Positions 33,694 to 46,400 of a DNA stretch of 64,000 bases are shown one piece after another (position 1 is the stretch's first letter; every line of letters starts with the position of its first letter). This stretch comes from Zygnema circumcarinatum SAG 698-1b (Eukaryota > Plantae > Zygnematophyceae), in assembly GCA_037447605.1 (NCBI GenBank), contig CM074806.1, positions 2,604,001-2,668,000 on the forward strand, in the 5' to 3' direction. The position numbers and the translations under genes were made by a program. Under the pieces are notes generated by a model that was not told where the DNA came from, searched no databases, and saw only the letters and a program-made list of their open reading frames with translations.

Positions 33694-35892
33694 TTACTGT
33701 ATGAACGTGAGCGGCTTCTTCAGGGCCTTCTGGATGTCTGGCGCGATAGTCAGGGGAGTCACAGTGGGCGCATAGCGCTGGATAGGTATGCCCTCTTTAC
33801 TGATCAAGAACTGCGCAATGCGAGAATGCAACCCACTGCCTCGGTCAGTCCTCATTCGTCATATCAACTTCGAAGAGTCTTTTAGAATCCATGATATGAC
33901 ACGATCACCGAGTACCTTAAATTCACGTTTCCTCTGTTCATAACTTTCGAACTTATGCAGATGGTCCGATACTCACACATTCATTGGGATAGCAAGTCAT
34001 GTGGCTGCGTGCAAATTCGAAAGAAAACATTGGAAAGTGCTCAAAAGCCAAGTTTGCAGGCTCGCTGGCGGATATGTGTTTCAAAAACCCTAAACCGGGG
34101 ACTTCGGTTTTCTTACATTTTGTCTCATTTTTTCTTTATTTTCCCTCACACGCCTTTCTTCTTCTGTTAAATTTCCTACTTCTTGCTTTGGGTTTTTCGG
34201 GTTTTCAGGGTTAAGCAAACTGAACAGTTCAAGTCACCATACCTTAGCAAAGTTCCAGTCGATTTTCCCAGGCAATGAAGCCTTCAGAAATTCATATGCA
34301 CGGTTGTTTACAGGGCAGCACTCGGTCGAACGGGATAAGCAGTTCGCGAAACCAGTAAGCGCACCTTCAGGGCACATGGGATCGTTCACAGTAACCTTTG
34401 CAAACATTGGAAACGTGGCGGAATAATTGGCAGCAGCAAAAGCTTTGATCTCGGCATTTGACCCTGCACAGAAATACCTCCTGCCTTAAGCAGTGCCGAT
34501 TCCACTACCTTTAAAAACTTTAATTAATAGCTTCACATCAAGTTGGTGCAGCGTCGTTTTCTGGCTAATTCTCTAAAATAACGTTTTAAACGTTTTTTTT
34601 TTAATAACATTTTTTTCTCTAAAAAAAACAGCCTACAAGCAGAGTAATGCCTGGTATGGTTGTGATCAGCATGTCACTATCACACTTGTGGGGAAGCTCT
34701 CATCTGACATGAGAAGACACTTTTGACACATTGAATACACACGGAGCCATTTGAACCCTATTCAATTTTAAGCGTGTGACAGCATAAGCGCTTTCTCCAT
34801 GTACTATTCTGTTCAAAGAAGTTGCAACAAGTTGACAAGAAATAAAAGAGTGTCTTTCGAGTGACAAAATACTGCATGTTAATTGCAGGTCGAGAAAATT
34901 AAACTGCTGTAAAGTGCTGGATACTATGCTCCAGCATTCCAATTCAAGCTAAACTATTGCAGCATGCACGAACTTATCCGACAGAGGGACTCACCGGGCT
35001 CTTGGAGGTTGAATTGATTGCAAGGAAAGGCTAAAACTGTAAAACCTTCCGGTCCATACTGCTTCTGTAGCTGCACTAGCTCTTCGTAATTCTGGGAGCA
35101 GATAAAATGTGGTTAGCCAATGGCTGACAAACCTAAGCCAATATGGTTCCAAAGCTCTAAGAGCAGGGCAGACTTTCGTCAAGAGCCATTTCACAATGCC
35201 CTCTCATTAAACAGAAGCAAATGCTCTTTTCTTGCGTAAACTGTAGGCTATTTTTCTAAGTAATGCAAAACGAATTGTCCACCGCATTGCCTTCCCATGT
35301 TTGCATCGCCTTTAGGAAAGCAACACTAAATTTCATGAGCTCAAAGCTTCGCTCTTCAAAATTGTGGCGAATGAGATGACAAATTCTCATCAGACCTTTC
35401 ACAAAGTATCTGGAAGCCTGAAGTCGCGCTGATGACTTACCCTCTGTGTTAGACCGCAGAAACTTGCAACGTTGATTACCAATGAGACCTGCATGAGAAA
35501 AAGGCTCACCAAAGACGTCAGAGTGCATGACCAACCAAGAGATTCAACGCCATCACACCTCCAATCTGACCAGTCTGACAACTGTTGTAGTTTTCAAAAT
35601 CCACATCAAATCTAGCCACGTTGCACGATTTTCATAAAGTAGACAAATAGCGATTCATTTCAAGCATCCATTCGAGTAATAACCTTCATTAAGCTAGCCA
35701 AGATCTATTCAAGCTTCTGCGACGGAGATGGAGAAGGGGACGGACCTGGCCGACCAGCTGGCGCAGAGACACGGGTCGCCCGTCAATATCGAACAGGCTG
35801 AGGTCGTAGAATCTCGCCTCGGCGGCAGCAGCGGCAGAAGGCGCGAGAATGGCGACGAGCAGCAGGGCTGCAGCTGCGGCAGCCATGGCCAT
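33694..35892 (-). CDS. GPX: Secreted Cys-type glutathione peroxidase-like protein with a 4-Cys insertion; exons 35892-35746, 35488-35441, 35091-34995, 34463-34243, 33810-33694
   Basis: Signal peptide MAMAAAAAALLLVAILAPSAAAAAEA; FYDLSLFDIDG; VINVASFCGLT; LAFPCNQFNLQEPG; IDWNFAKFLISKEG...RYAPT. The C/Q/W triad is present and phases are consistent. Confidence 0.95.
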
Positions 35893-35939
35893 GGGCTTGC
35901 GGAATGCAGGAATGAACGCTGCAACAGGCGGACCATTCC

Positions 35940-36390
35940 AACGATTGCAATGGTTACCAACCATTGATTGTCAATCATTGCCAACCATTGCCAACCATTG
36001 CCAACCATTGCCACTGGTCAGAAACCATTGGACTCTGGTAAGGGGAATTTCATTGAACTCACAATGGCGAGGCCATCAAATGTACATGGACAAAGGCATG
36101 ATGTGGAACCACGAGGGACTGGTCGCAAAGGACTCTGGACTTTTGGTGCAGTACCGTATCAACCATTGCCATTTGCCAATGGTTCCGACCATTGGCGTAA
36201 AACCTGTCCAAAAATTGCCAATGGTCGGAAACCATTGGACTTAATGGTTACCAACCATTGCCAACCATTTCCAATGGTCGCAACCATTGGATGCCAATAG
36301 TTGCCTGCCAGTCCAACGGTTGCAAACCGCTGGCCGTCCAACCATTGCCATCCGATGGTTGTCCAATGGTTGCCGATCCAACTAATGGTA
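35940..36390. repeat. Degenerate 10-bp minisatellite (CCAACCATTG) interleaved with its complement (CAATGGTT), immediately 5' of the GPX start
   Basis: Read directly. Related, more decayed units occur at about 41640-41900. Confidence 0.8.
36039..36129 (-). mobile_element. Copy D of SINE-like repeat, 91 bp, perfect 9-bp TSD GGACTCTGG
   Basis: GGACTCTGG at 36030-36038 and 36130-36138, flanking the family core. Confidence 0.82.
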
Positions 36391-37451
36391 CAACACTGCG
36401 CTGCACAGCATACTGTACAGTATCACGGCCCCCGTACCTATGCTGACGCCACTCAAGCCAAGCGCACGGGCTGTCTAAGAGGCGGCTGCTCCCTCGTGGT
36501 TCTCACTCCTGCCTCGCCCTCTCGTGGTTCTCGCCCGAAGGCCGTACGGAAAAACAGAGCAGGAAAATGACTTATTGTACGGATGCCATGCTGGCAGTGT
36601 TACTCTGTACGGCATTACTCCGGGCTCTCCTTCGCACGTGCGATCGAGCGAGGGCCTGCCGGGCGGCCCCCAGACGGCCTCCCCTCGCCTCGCCTCGCCC
36701 GCGCTGCGGCCCGCGGCCCTGCGTTGGGAGCAGGCCCTGAGCCATTGCAAGGCGTGGAAGGGCAGGCACGTCGCGGGAGCTGCACGGTCTCTCTCTCTCC
36801 CCTTCTCTTCCACTCTCTCTTCCTCTCCCTGGCTCTCTCTCCCCCCTACACGCTCGTTGTCATGTTGGGGAAAATTATTTTGTTTCTGCTTTAGAATCAT
36901 GGCATTTTCAAGCAAAATATGATGACTGTTTATTGGCTGTGCGTCTTTGCTTTGAATTTTTTAAAAAGAATTATCCCTTGTACTGATTCCAGTGCTGTTC
37001 TATGGCGCTCTCGCTTTCAATATGCATCAATTTGAATTATTTTGTTTTATAATTATCTCTCCTTTGCCCGTTACTCGGCCTTTCAGAGCCTACATTGTCC
37101 ATTGCTAAGGTTTCCTTAACGGGATCATCCTTTTCCTTTGGTCCATTTCTTAATTAAGGTCTTTCTTGGAAAATTGGAACCACCATTTTATTCACCACGC
37201 AGATGAAATGGAATCCCTTCTTACGAATTCCAAATTTTCTAGAAAACATTCTTCTGTCCGTTCCTTCCGTCCCTTCCGTCTCCATTCTGGCAGGACCTAC
37301 TCCCTACTCCATGTCTATTCGTGCGAGTTTCAAACCAGCATACCTACTTTCCCCATGGTTTTCCCCCTTCTTGTATCTCACCTTTCTCCCTTTACAACCT
37401 CACGTTCCTTCTCCTTCATTTCCAGGTGAAGGCCTCCAATCGCGAGTGAAG

Positions 37452-40400
37452 ATGAATCGTAAGGTCGGAATCCACGGCCTCCTCCTCCATGGCTCCCTTC
37501 TCTCATTCCTCGTCGTCTCCCTCTCCTTCTCCAAAGAAGTGACTGCTTTCACAGGAGAGGGAGTGCGGACCCCTCGCCACGTGGCAGCAGCTCATGCAAA
37601 AGAAGCGGTGGGAAAACCGTCGGTGTCAAGTAACTGGATTCCATCAAGGAAAGGTAGTTTTGATGAGTCTCAAACGTCGCCATTGACACAATCCACTGAG
37701 AATTATACATACACTTTTGAAGTACTGAGGGCCATAGAACCACCTGCGGGAGCGAAAATGTGCGAATTGGAGATAATGACAAATCATCTTTTCGCAAATT
37801 TGCCTCCTCCGTTTGAGGGCTCCTACACGCCTCCGGAAGACTGTGGAGAGGTGGGCTGGTCCTTACTTTTTTTATCGTTGTTATGGCTCTCCTGCTTCGC
37901 TTTCAGGGCAGTAATCCGTTCGATTTGAAGTCGGATGTTTGCGTGAATACTGGAAACAAAAGGTGCTTATCGTGTTAAAAAACACGGTTTGATATGGGCT
38001 GACGATAGTTGTTTGTTTATTCAGCAGTAGAGAGCGATAAGAGGCATGTGATCATTTGTGCGGTCCTTTGTAAAGCATACGATGGAACTTTTATCATGGA
38101 ACTATTCTGTAATTTTTTGTGGTCAGGAATGGAGCCTGGTGGTGCTCACGTGGTCGGCCAATGTGATTGGACGGCAGTACGATCGACTCGGGGACGTCTT
38201 CTTCGATGGCCTCCACATCTTGCATACCACGTAAGGGTGGAGCAATCCTTTCTTGTCCTTTTGAGGTATTTTTGCTTTTTCTTCTGTACGATGAACCTTC
38301 AGTTTCAAATTTGAACTAGCAAGCTGATTCGCAGTTCTAGTAGGTGGGCGTTTCAGTTGTTTGGATGAAAATCTTACAAAAAGAGTTTTTTTTTAAAGAA
38401 ATACCATGCGTGTAGTCGTATAGGTATATGGAACATTCCTTGATAACAGAGCACCCCCCTCCCGCGGCAACAAACCCCAGAATTTTACTTTAGGGAGGTT
38501 TGACATCTTTCCTTTATGCAGCCGTGGGCACATGCATGGGCTCAGCTTCCGCCCCCTCTCCTCTTCCTCGTCCTCCCATTTCTTCCTCTTTTTCAGTCAC
38601 TTTGTTCGTCGTGCTTTTGTTTTGTTTTGGAACGGCAGTTGTGGGGCCTTTATCTGATACAGTTTTATGGTGTTCAGTTCTCTGTCTTGTCTGACGGAAC
38701 GCTTTGGAGGGGGGGGGGGGGTCAGCACGGAGGAGCCGTCCGCACAGGGAGTCAAATGGAGCTTCGAGGCTGACGTCACCCGCTTCGCTCCTTTCCTCAA
38801 GCAGGCAAGCCCCGCCTCCTCTCTCTCTCTCTCTCTCTCTCTCCCTCCCTCTTTCTCTCTCTCTTTAACCACCCTTCTCCGCTCGCTCGCACTTTCATTC
38901 CCTCCCTCAAACCTATCCTTTCTTGTTTTTTTCAAGAAACCAATGTCATTTTGCAAAAGCGAGTAGCGGCCATGATTTAGTGTCTCTAGTTCGATAATCA
39001 CTCGAGACGTTGGGAGCGGGAGGCAGTGCTCGTCAGTAGCTATGGGCAGTACAATGCGACTTGCAGCTTGCACCCATGTACTTACCTTAGTTCGTTGATC
39101 GCATTGAACGGAACAGGAACGCTATGTCACTGTATATGTTGGCAACGTTGTGGACTCCACTTACACAGGTACAACTCTCTGAGCCGTTCCAACTGTTCCT
39201 CTCTGTAAAACACACACATTGCAAACATAGATTGCCAGCTTGCAGCAATATCAAAGCCGCGCTTCGGTCTCTTCCCCTCCTCATCTTTCTCACATGAGCT
39301 GTCCCTTTCTGCAGGAATATACAACGTGAGCTTGAAGCTCGCATTCTATGGCGGCCCCTCCCCCCCTCAGTTCGCGGATTCCATCGTTCCGATTGGCGCT
39401 GCCGAGAGAGGCTACGCGGCGTGGGCATTGGACTACGAAGCCAGCTCGGGCAGCAAGGAAATTTCCGCGCTGCCCAGGAACATTTATCGGGCTGAGCTCG
39501 AAATAACGCAGTGCCAGTCAGCCAATGACGAGTTTTACTGGAGCAATGTGCCCTGGAAGTGAGCTTCCAGTCTTTTTGCAAGGACCTGCAAGCATCTGCC
39601 GTTCTAAGGGTTTGACATGACATCTTGTGAACATACAGAAGTCATCCTTTTTTCAAACTAATTCAGACCCTTTTTCCGTTTTTGACAAACGGATAAGATA
39701 GGGGCAGAAGCAAGTAGACTACAGCATAAGTCAGGTCAGCACCAACCAATCATAAGCCGACAGTTTGCATATTCGTCAGGGTTTTTCCGTATCTCTTTTG
39801 TTCTGATTGCTGACCTAGCTTATGCCTGTGTTCTCCTGTCTTACCCCCCTATCCCCCCCTATTTCAAAACTATCAAAAACTCCCTCAACCCCCTCAACAC
39901 ATTCAGAAACCCAAAACCCCTTTCTTTCTTTCTCCCGCGCTTTGTTTCCCCTGCTTGCAGATACATCGACGAGGTCCGGCCCGAGTACAAGGACAGCTTT
40001 TTGGGCGGCGGAGTGTTCCGAGAAACGCAGGCTTACTTGGACGGAGTATTGATGGGCTCTGTTTGGCAGTATCCGGTCATCTTCACGGGGGGAGTCAACC
40101 CCTATTGGTGGAGGCCCGTTGTGGGAATCGGAGCGTTCGCAACTCCGACCTATGTTCTGGACATTACGCCCTTTGTTGGGAGACTGGTAGACGGAAAAAA
40201 TCACACATTTACCCTCGCGGTGGACAACATTCTTGAGGGGGGAACGTGGTTTGTGGATGCAATACTGCATTTGTGGCTGGACAAGGGCTGCGATCAGACG
40301 ACTGGAGAGTTGCTCACTTATCAGGTATCCAGCAGAGGGAGCAAGCATCCGATTTTGCCGTATATTTCCCTGCTCTTCTTCTCAAAAGAATATGTCATTT

Positions 40401-41242
40401 AAACAAACAAACAAGTCGGTTTTTTGTTTACTTTGCATACGTGTGCAGGTGGCTTCCTCCGTTACTCCTTCGGAACTTGTATCGTTCTATGCGAACGGTG
40501 TGGATGCGAACATTACAACGAAGGCGATGCGGCTGAATGCAGTGAGCGGATCGGTGGGGACTTCGTTTGGAAATTTTACGAGTACAGTTGAGAGCGCATT
40601 CAGTCTCTTGAATTTGAACCGAGTTCTGAGTGATACGTTCGTTGGAGTGACGGCTCAGGAGATCAAAACGTCGACGTATTCTGTCATGCAAGGAGAGAAC
40701 GGGACTGTGTTCTACTCGCACACGGAGAGGTTCAGTTTTCCGTTTTATGTTTACGTCCAGTACAGCATCTACAATGGTAATGTCTTCTGCTGAGAGGGCC
40801 TCTCATCGAGTTTCTGCTTTATCTATACCATTTCATTTTGTACCTACTTTTTTTGTTGCAGCATCGTCTGCTGCTTTCTTTCCCCGGTGAGCTCTGAATT
40901 TACGCTAAATTCCCATTTAATCTGGCAGAGGGATCGAGCTTCGAGCTTCTTGGAAATTTCAAACATGGCTTCAATTTTGAAAAATCAACTGCTTTTTTTG
41001 GTGACCGGAACGAAAAGCAAAGCAATTTTCAAAGCGGAGGAGGAGTCTACGATTCGAGCACACCGGGATGGGGGGAGTCGAGGCAGAACTTCAACTACGA
41101 GAGCAATTTCCAGGGCTGCTATTCTCGGAAATACCGCCAAGCGAACTATACCTTTTTTTACGACAAAATTTCCAAAACATGTCCGCCCTTGGAGGGGGGG
41201 ACTGACTCGAGGAGGGAGGGCGCTGTACGGAGGGCGCGCTGA
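37452..41242 (+). CDS. Peptide-N4-(N-acetyl-beta-glucosaminyl)asparagine amidase A (acidic PNGase A family), copy 1, 8 exons, signal peptide
   Basis: EWSLVVLTWS...GRQYDRLGDVFFDG; TEEP...KWSFEADVTRF; VGNVVDSTYTGIYNV; LPRNIYRAELE...NDEFYWSN; GVFRETQAYLDG...YPVIFTGGVNPYWWRPVVGIGAF..PTYVLDITPFVGRLVDGKNH; WFVDAILHLWLD; GCYSRKY. Confidence 0.93.
38805..39116 (+). other. Non-canonical GC-AG intron in PNGase A copy 1
   Basis: Exon ends ...AAGCAG|GCAAGC with no nearby GT. The homologous intron in copy 2 is AAAAAA|GTGAGG, and phase 0 fits the next exon. Confidence 0.75.
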
Positions 41243-43476
41243 GCGAGAAGGGAAAGAAAAGTTCGCTGCCTTGTGGGGGGGCGAGGAGGAGGGAGCTGCT
41301 GGGTGGGTGGGAGTGGCGGTTTGGTAAGGGCCTGCTTGAGTATGGCTGCCTGCTATAATTGACGTAAGAAAGGAAGGAGGAAGTTTTGGGTTCGGCATGT
41401 TTTAGAAGTTACCGTGAACAAGTGCATGCAGGTGCTCGTTTACTGTGTATAGGTTTTCCTTATTGGAGAATTGATTAATACGGGCTGTACAGTAATGTAG
41501 GAAGCAGCTGCGGTAGAAAATTGAGCGGAGCGTGGTGTGTAGATAGGTAGACTTCTTCTAGCCTGCATCCGAACTGCTCCTCAAGTTCTCAGTGAATGAA
41601 TGAAGGCATGCATTCCCACAATCCCATTGTGGTGCAGTACTGCACAGGTTAACCATCGGATTGCCAGCCATTGGCAATGGTTGCCTGGCTTCGCCAGTCG
41701 ATGATTGGCGACATTGGCAACAGTTGATAACCGTTAATTCCGAGGCCAATGTTTGCTAAGATTGCAGCCATTTCCTTGTTGATCCAATAGTTCGACCCGT
41801 GATACTGCACAGGTCATAGCATGGAATCAACAACCATTGGCAAACCAGCCATTGCTTGTGAATGTTGCCTGGCGTATTGGCAACCCATAGATCGAAGCGT
41901 GGCACTGATTGGCCACTCTTTGTAGCTCTGGCAACATTAGGCTCGAGTCTCGTCAGTAGCATCGGAAAGTTTCCAACCAAACGCCGTGACTGAAACCAGC
42001 CCGGCGTACTGACTACTACTTTTTCCCCAACGGGTAGTTCTAACTAAAGAATTCTTACTTTCGTAACCGGGTCCACAGTCAGTCCACAGTCCACTAGCTA
42101 CAAAGGATGTTGACCTCGTTTGACCTCGAAAATTTTAAGCAGCGCGACACGTGTCAGGCATGCCATCACGTCGTACAATCAGGCGGCGGTTCGCGACAAA
42201 CAGATCCGTACAACAAAAACATGAATATTCAAATGACGAAGCCTCACTTGCCCAAGTTAAACGACAACCATAAAGTATGCGATGCTTTGTCCCCTTCAAA
42301 GTCCAATAGCATCAACACGAGCTATGAGTCCATATTTACCATCAGTGGCGGATCCAGGATTTTTGCTGAGGGGGGGCTAAGCCCTCTTTCAGTATAATAA
42401 AAAAAAGAAAAAATCGAATTTCCAAAATCTGGGCCTGGGCTAAGCCCCCCCAACTTGTATATGTGGGCCCCCATGTGTGCCATGCCATTTACCCGCCGGA
42501 GAATGTTCATGTTCAACAACACCCAAGTTGGACCTTACGGCCCTCGAGAGTCAGATTCTCTTGGCCTCGTACCATCTCGCACGCGCCAATCCAACGGTCA
42601 GATTTCCGTGGGGAGTCACATGGCATGTCATCATCAGCCCTGCAGTCCGTACATGTGCAAAGTCACGTTGTGCCACTTTTCGCGTCCTCATTCGTCGAGG
42701 AAGTCGGACCGCGCCGCCTGTCCGTACACTTATCCGCGCCGTGTCGGCGCCTCCAAACTCCAAAGCCGTTCCAATTCAGAAACGACAAATTGTAATTTCG
42801 CCTTCCGACAAAATGATGATCGGTAATTTTGGGATTTAGCATCCTAAGCCTCCACTCCACGATCCACAGAACGTTCCAAAAAATAGAATTTTTCGGTTTT
42901 TTGACCCAATCGCCTTATCTGAATCTGACCCTAATCAAAGTCAAATCCAGTCAAGCATCAAAATCCTGTACCACGTGTTGCCCCCACAGCGGCTCCGAGA
43001 AATCCGGGTCCTCTCCCAAATTTAAATGAAGCCTTCAGACGGCCCCTCATTGGATCCGTAAATTTCGGAACGTCATCTGCCTTAGGTACCTCCCCAAACG
43101 GCCCGATCTTCAGTTTGTGAGATGACGGCTCCTGGCGGGCTGCGAGGCGTCGGCCTCCGTCGGCGGCCACCAAGCGGCGCCGCCAAAAAAACGCCAAAAC
43201 GAATCTGAGGGACCAATCAGCGGCGGACCTCGTGAGGCATGCCGCCGGTCTCCTACCGGACAGGCGGCCGGGCCAGATCCAACCCCGCCCGCCGACACGT
43301 GGTCTGACGGGGCTGCCGCCCGGACAGCACGGGTGGATCCGAGGGAGGTGCCAGATGTCGTCAGTATCGCGTCGCATCGCGATATCATGCGATACTGGAC
43401 TGTAAATCTCTCTCCTCTCTCTCTCTCTCACTCTCTCCCTCCATCCATTTGCTGGAGGTTTCCGCAGAGTGCGACC

Positions 43477-46400
43477 ATGGCTGGCAAGGGCGGACATCAT
43501 GGCGTCTTCCGAGCCGTTCTCCTCCTCATCCTCTCTCTCTCTGCCGCTCAGCGGGCGACATCTGCCGCAAACAACGCCGTCCGAATGCCTCGCCCCTTTG
43601 CAGGCGGACAGCCGCAAGCAGGTTTTGAGAGCTCGTTCGTGTCCTTCAAGTCCCCTCCGCCGCGGCGAGCTAGCGCGGGCATCGCCGCCGTCTCGCCGAC
43701 AGCGGGCGATCCCGCGGACAACTACACGACCTCGTTTGAGGTTTTGAGGCCGATCAAGCCGCCCGCCGGAGCGAAGAAGTGCAAAGTCGACATAATGAAA
43801 AATCATCTTTTTGCCGACTGGCCGCCGCCGTTCGAGGGCTCGTACACACCTCCCGCAGCCTGCGGAACGGTATGCTCAGTTTCCTTTACGCCATCTTGAT
43901 GGCAGATTTTGTTTCAAGCGCCATAAATGGTCAATATAAGCAAGTGCTTCAAAATATGAGCATTCAAATGCCTTCCATCTTTTGCATTTTTTTTGCGGTC
44001 ATTTGTATCCCTTTCCTTCCTAGCGACCTTTTTTTATGGGCTGCTGCAGGAGTGGGAGCTGGTGGTGCTCACGTGGTCGACCAATATTCGCGGCGTTCAG
44101 TTTGATCGTGTGGGGGATGTCTACCTTGACAACCTTCACGTGCTGCGAACTATGTCAGTGCCTCTCTCTCTCTTCATCTCTCTCTCTATCTCTCTCCCTC
44201 TCTCCCTCTCTCTCTTGCTTACTATCTCTCGCTTTCTTGCTCCCACTCTCCCGCCTTTCAATTTGTACGTTTGGGGAAGTGGAGCAGCACGCAGGAGCCC
44301 AGCCGTCGAGGAGTGAAATGGAGCTTCGATGTGGACATCACGCGCTTTGCTCCCTTTCTGAAAAAAGTGAGGCTCCCTCCTCCCTCCTCCCTCCTCCCTC
44401 NNNNNNNNNNCTCCCTCCTCCCTCCTCCCTCTTCCCTCCTTCCTCCTCCCTCCTCAACATCAGCCGGCAAGACAACTTTTTTCTTTCTTTCTCCTCTCCC
44501 CCATTTCCCCCCCGTTTCTCTTTTTCTTTTTTTCCGTTTGCACTGAGCAGTCATTTTCCGGTCAGTATTTTCCGCAGTCACATTCTCAGCCATTTACTGA
44601 TGTAACTTTTTTGGGTTGAGCAAAACAGAAACGCTCCGTGAGTGTGTCTGTTGGGAACGTGGTGGATTCCACTTACACAGGTGGGACCCTCGCTCAGTCT
44701 TTCAGCAAAGCAAAGTGGCCGTGCTGAAAGGTTAAATTTAGACTTTCGAGCGGAAGAATTTAACAATGTGAAGTTAATTTTGTCGGGTTTTCATCCCTTG
44801 TCCTTTGGTTGTTGTTGTTGTTGTTGTTGTTGTCTGCCGCCATGCAGGAGTGTTCAATGTGAGCGTAAAGCTGACCTTCTATTCGGGGCAAGCCCCTCCT
44901 CACTATGCGCACAAAGTAATTCCGATCGGTTCAGTCGACAATGGCATCGCTGCGTGGGCCCTGGACCACAACAGCAGCTCCGGAAGCACACAAATTTCCG
45001 GACTGCCCAAAAACATTTATCGCGCGGAGCTTGAAATTGTGCAAACCCAGCACGCAAAAGACGAATTCTATTGGGGGAACGCAGCCACAAAGTACTTACT
45101 GTACAGCCTAAACTCGGGTGCTGAACCTACAGATGTTTAGAGCTCAGAAAATCGACCTCCTCATTATAAAGCGTGAAGCGGTCTTTTTGCAGATTTAATG
45201 GCTGAAAGTGGTCCTCTTCCTCTTCCCTTGGCCTGCAGGTATGTTGATGCGCTGCCGCCGGAATATAGGGATTTTTTCTATGCAGGAGGGGTATTCCGAG
45301 AAACGCAGGCTTACTTGGACGGAGTAATGATGGGCACTGTTTGGCAGTATCCGGTCCTCTATACCGGCGCCGTCAACCCCTACTGGTGGCGGCCGGTCGT
45401 AGGCATTGGAAATTTCGTGGTTCCGACCTATGTTCTGGACATTACGCCCTTTGTTGGGAGACTGGTTGACGGAAAAAATCACACTTTTACCCTCGCGGTG
45501 GACAACATTCTGGAGGGGGGAACGTGGTTTGTGGATGCAATACTGCATTTGTGGCTGGACAAGGGCTCCGTTCAAACAGCTGGAAAGCTGCTCACTTACA
45601 AGGTGCGAGCTATTTTAGCGTACCTTAAAACCACAGTTTCTCTATTTATCAGCACACCTTTTGGGACAAGGTGATTTTTACTTTCCTTTCCTTGCCTTGA
45701 CTTGAGTTTACTTGATTTGACTCGACTCTACTTGGCAGACTTGAGTTGATTTGAACTCTCTGACTGGCCAGGTGGCACCGTCCGTGACCCCTTCGGAAGT
45801 TGTAGCTTTCTTTGAGAATAATTTGGATGCCAACATCACTACGAGGGCTCGCCGGAAGAACAAAGTCAGTGGGTCCGTCATCACATCGTTCGGAAATTTC
45901 ACGAGTTCGGTTGTGAGCTCGTTCAGCCTCTACAACTTCAATCAGATTCTTGACGAAGCCTTGACGTCTGCCACCGCTCACGCAGTGAAGGCCTCCGTCC
46001 GAGCCTTCATGAAAGATGCAAAGGGAAATCTACTCTACTCCCACAATGCAACCTTCAATTTCCCGACCTTCGTCTATGCCGAGTATTATGTCTATCCAGG
46101 TACGCCTACCTTTTTTCGTTTACTCCAAACCTTAGCCATAAACATCCCCCCCTTCCCGAGAAGCTTAACTGATGTCTTTAGTCAACATGACGTGATGTTG
46201 TTGACATGCGTTGGTTTGCTGTCTTTCATGCTCGGTCTGCAGATGGCAATAACTTCCAGTTGTCCGGAAACTTCAAGCATTCCTTCAACTTCATAAAGTC
46301 AACCCTATTTTTGGGGTCCCGCGCTGAGCGGCAGACCAATGTCCAGAGGGGCGCGGGCGTCCTCTCCAGCCTCGCCCCGGGGGGGGGCGGGGGCAGCCAA

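Larger units (their letters stand above)
20340..34011. repeat. Threefold tandem segmental duplication: unit 1 about 20340-23144, unit 2 about 23145-25585, unit 3 about 25586-27057 resuming at about 32967-34011
   Basis: Long high-identity alignments seen by eye, e.g. AAGAAGCCGCCCCTCACTTGAC starts each unit, and 22019 TCAGGCTCTCATACTTTCAGG matches 32973 TCAGGCTGTCATACTTTCAGG. The same junction to GPX intron 4 (...GTGGCTGCGTG|) occurs at 23144 and 25585. Confidence 0.92.

Noticed and set aside
33895-34010. Apparent micro-exon AGGAAACGTGAATTTAAG and 'CYPNEC' exon in GPX
   Set aside because: Exon 4 (...WNFAK) splices directly in phase to FLISKEG, so this is intron sequence.
42342-42365. CAGTGGCGGATCCAGGATTTTT hAT-MITE-like terminus
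   Set aside because: Partner end and TSD not found; at most a truncated remnant.
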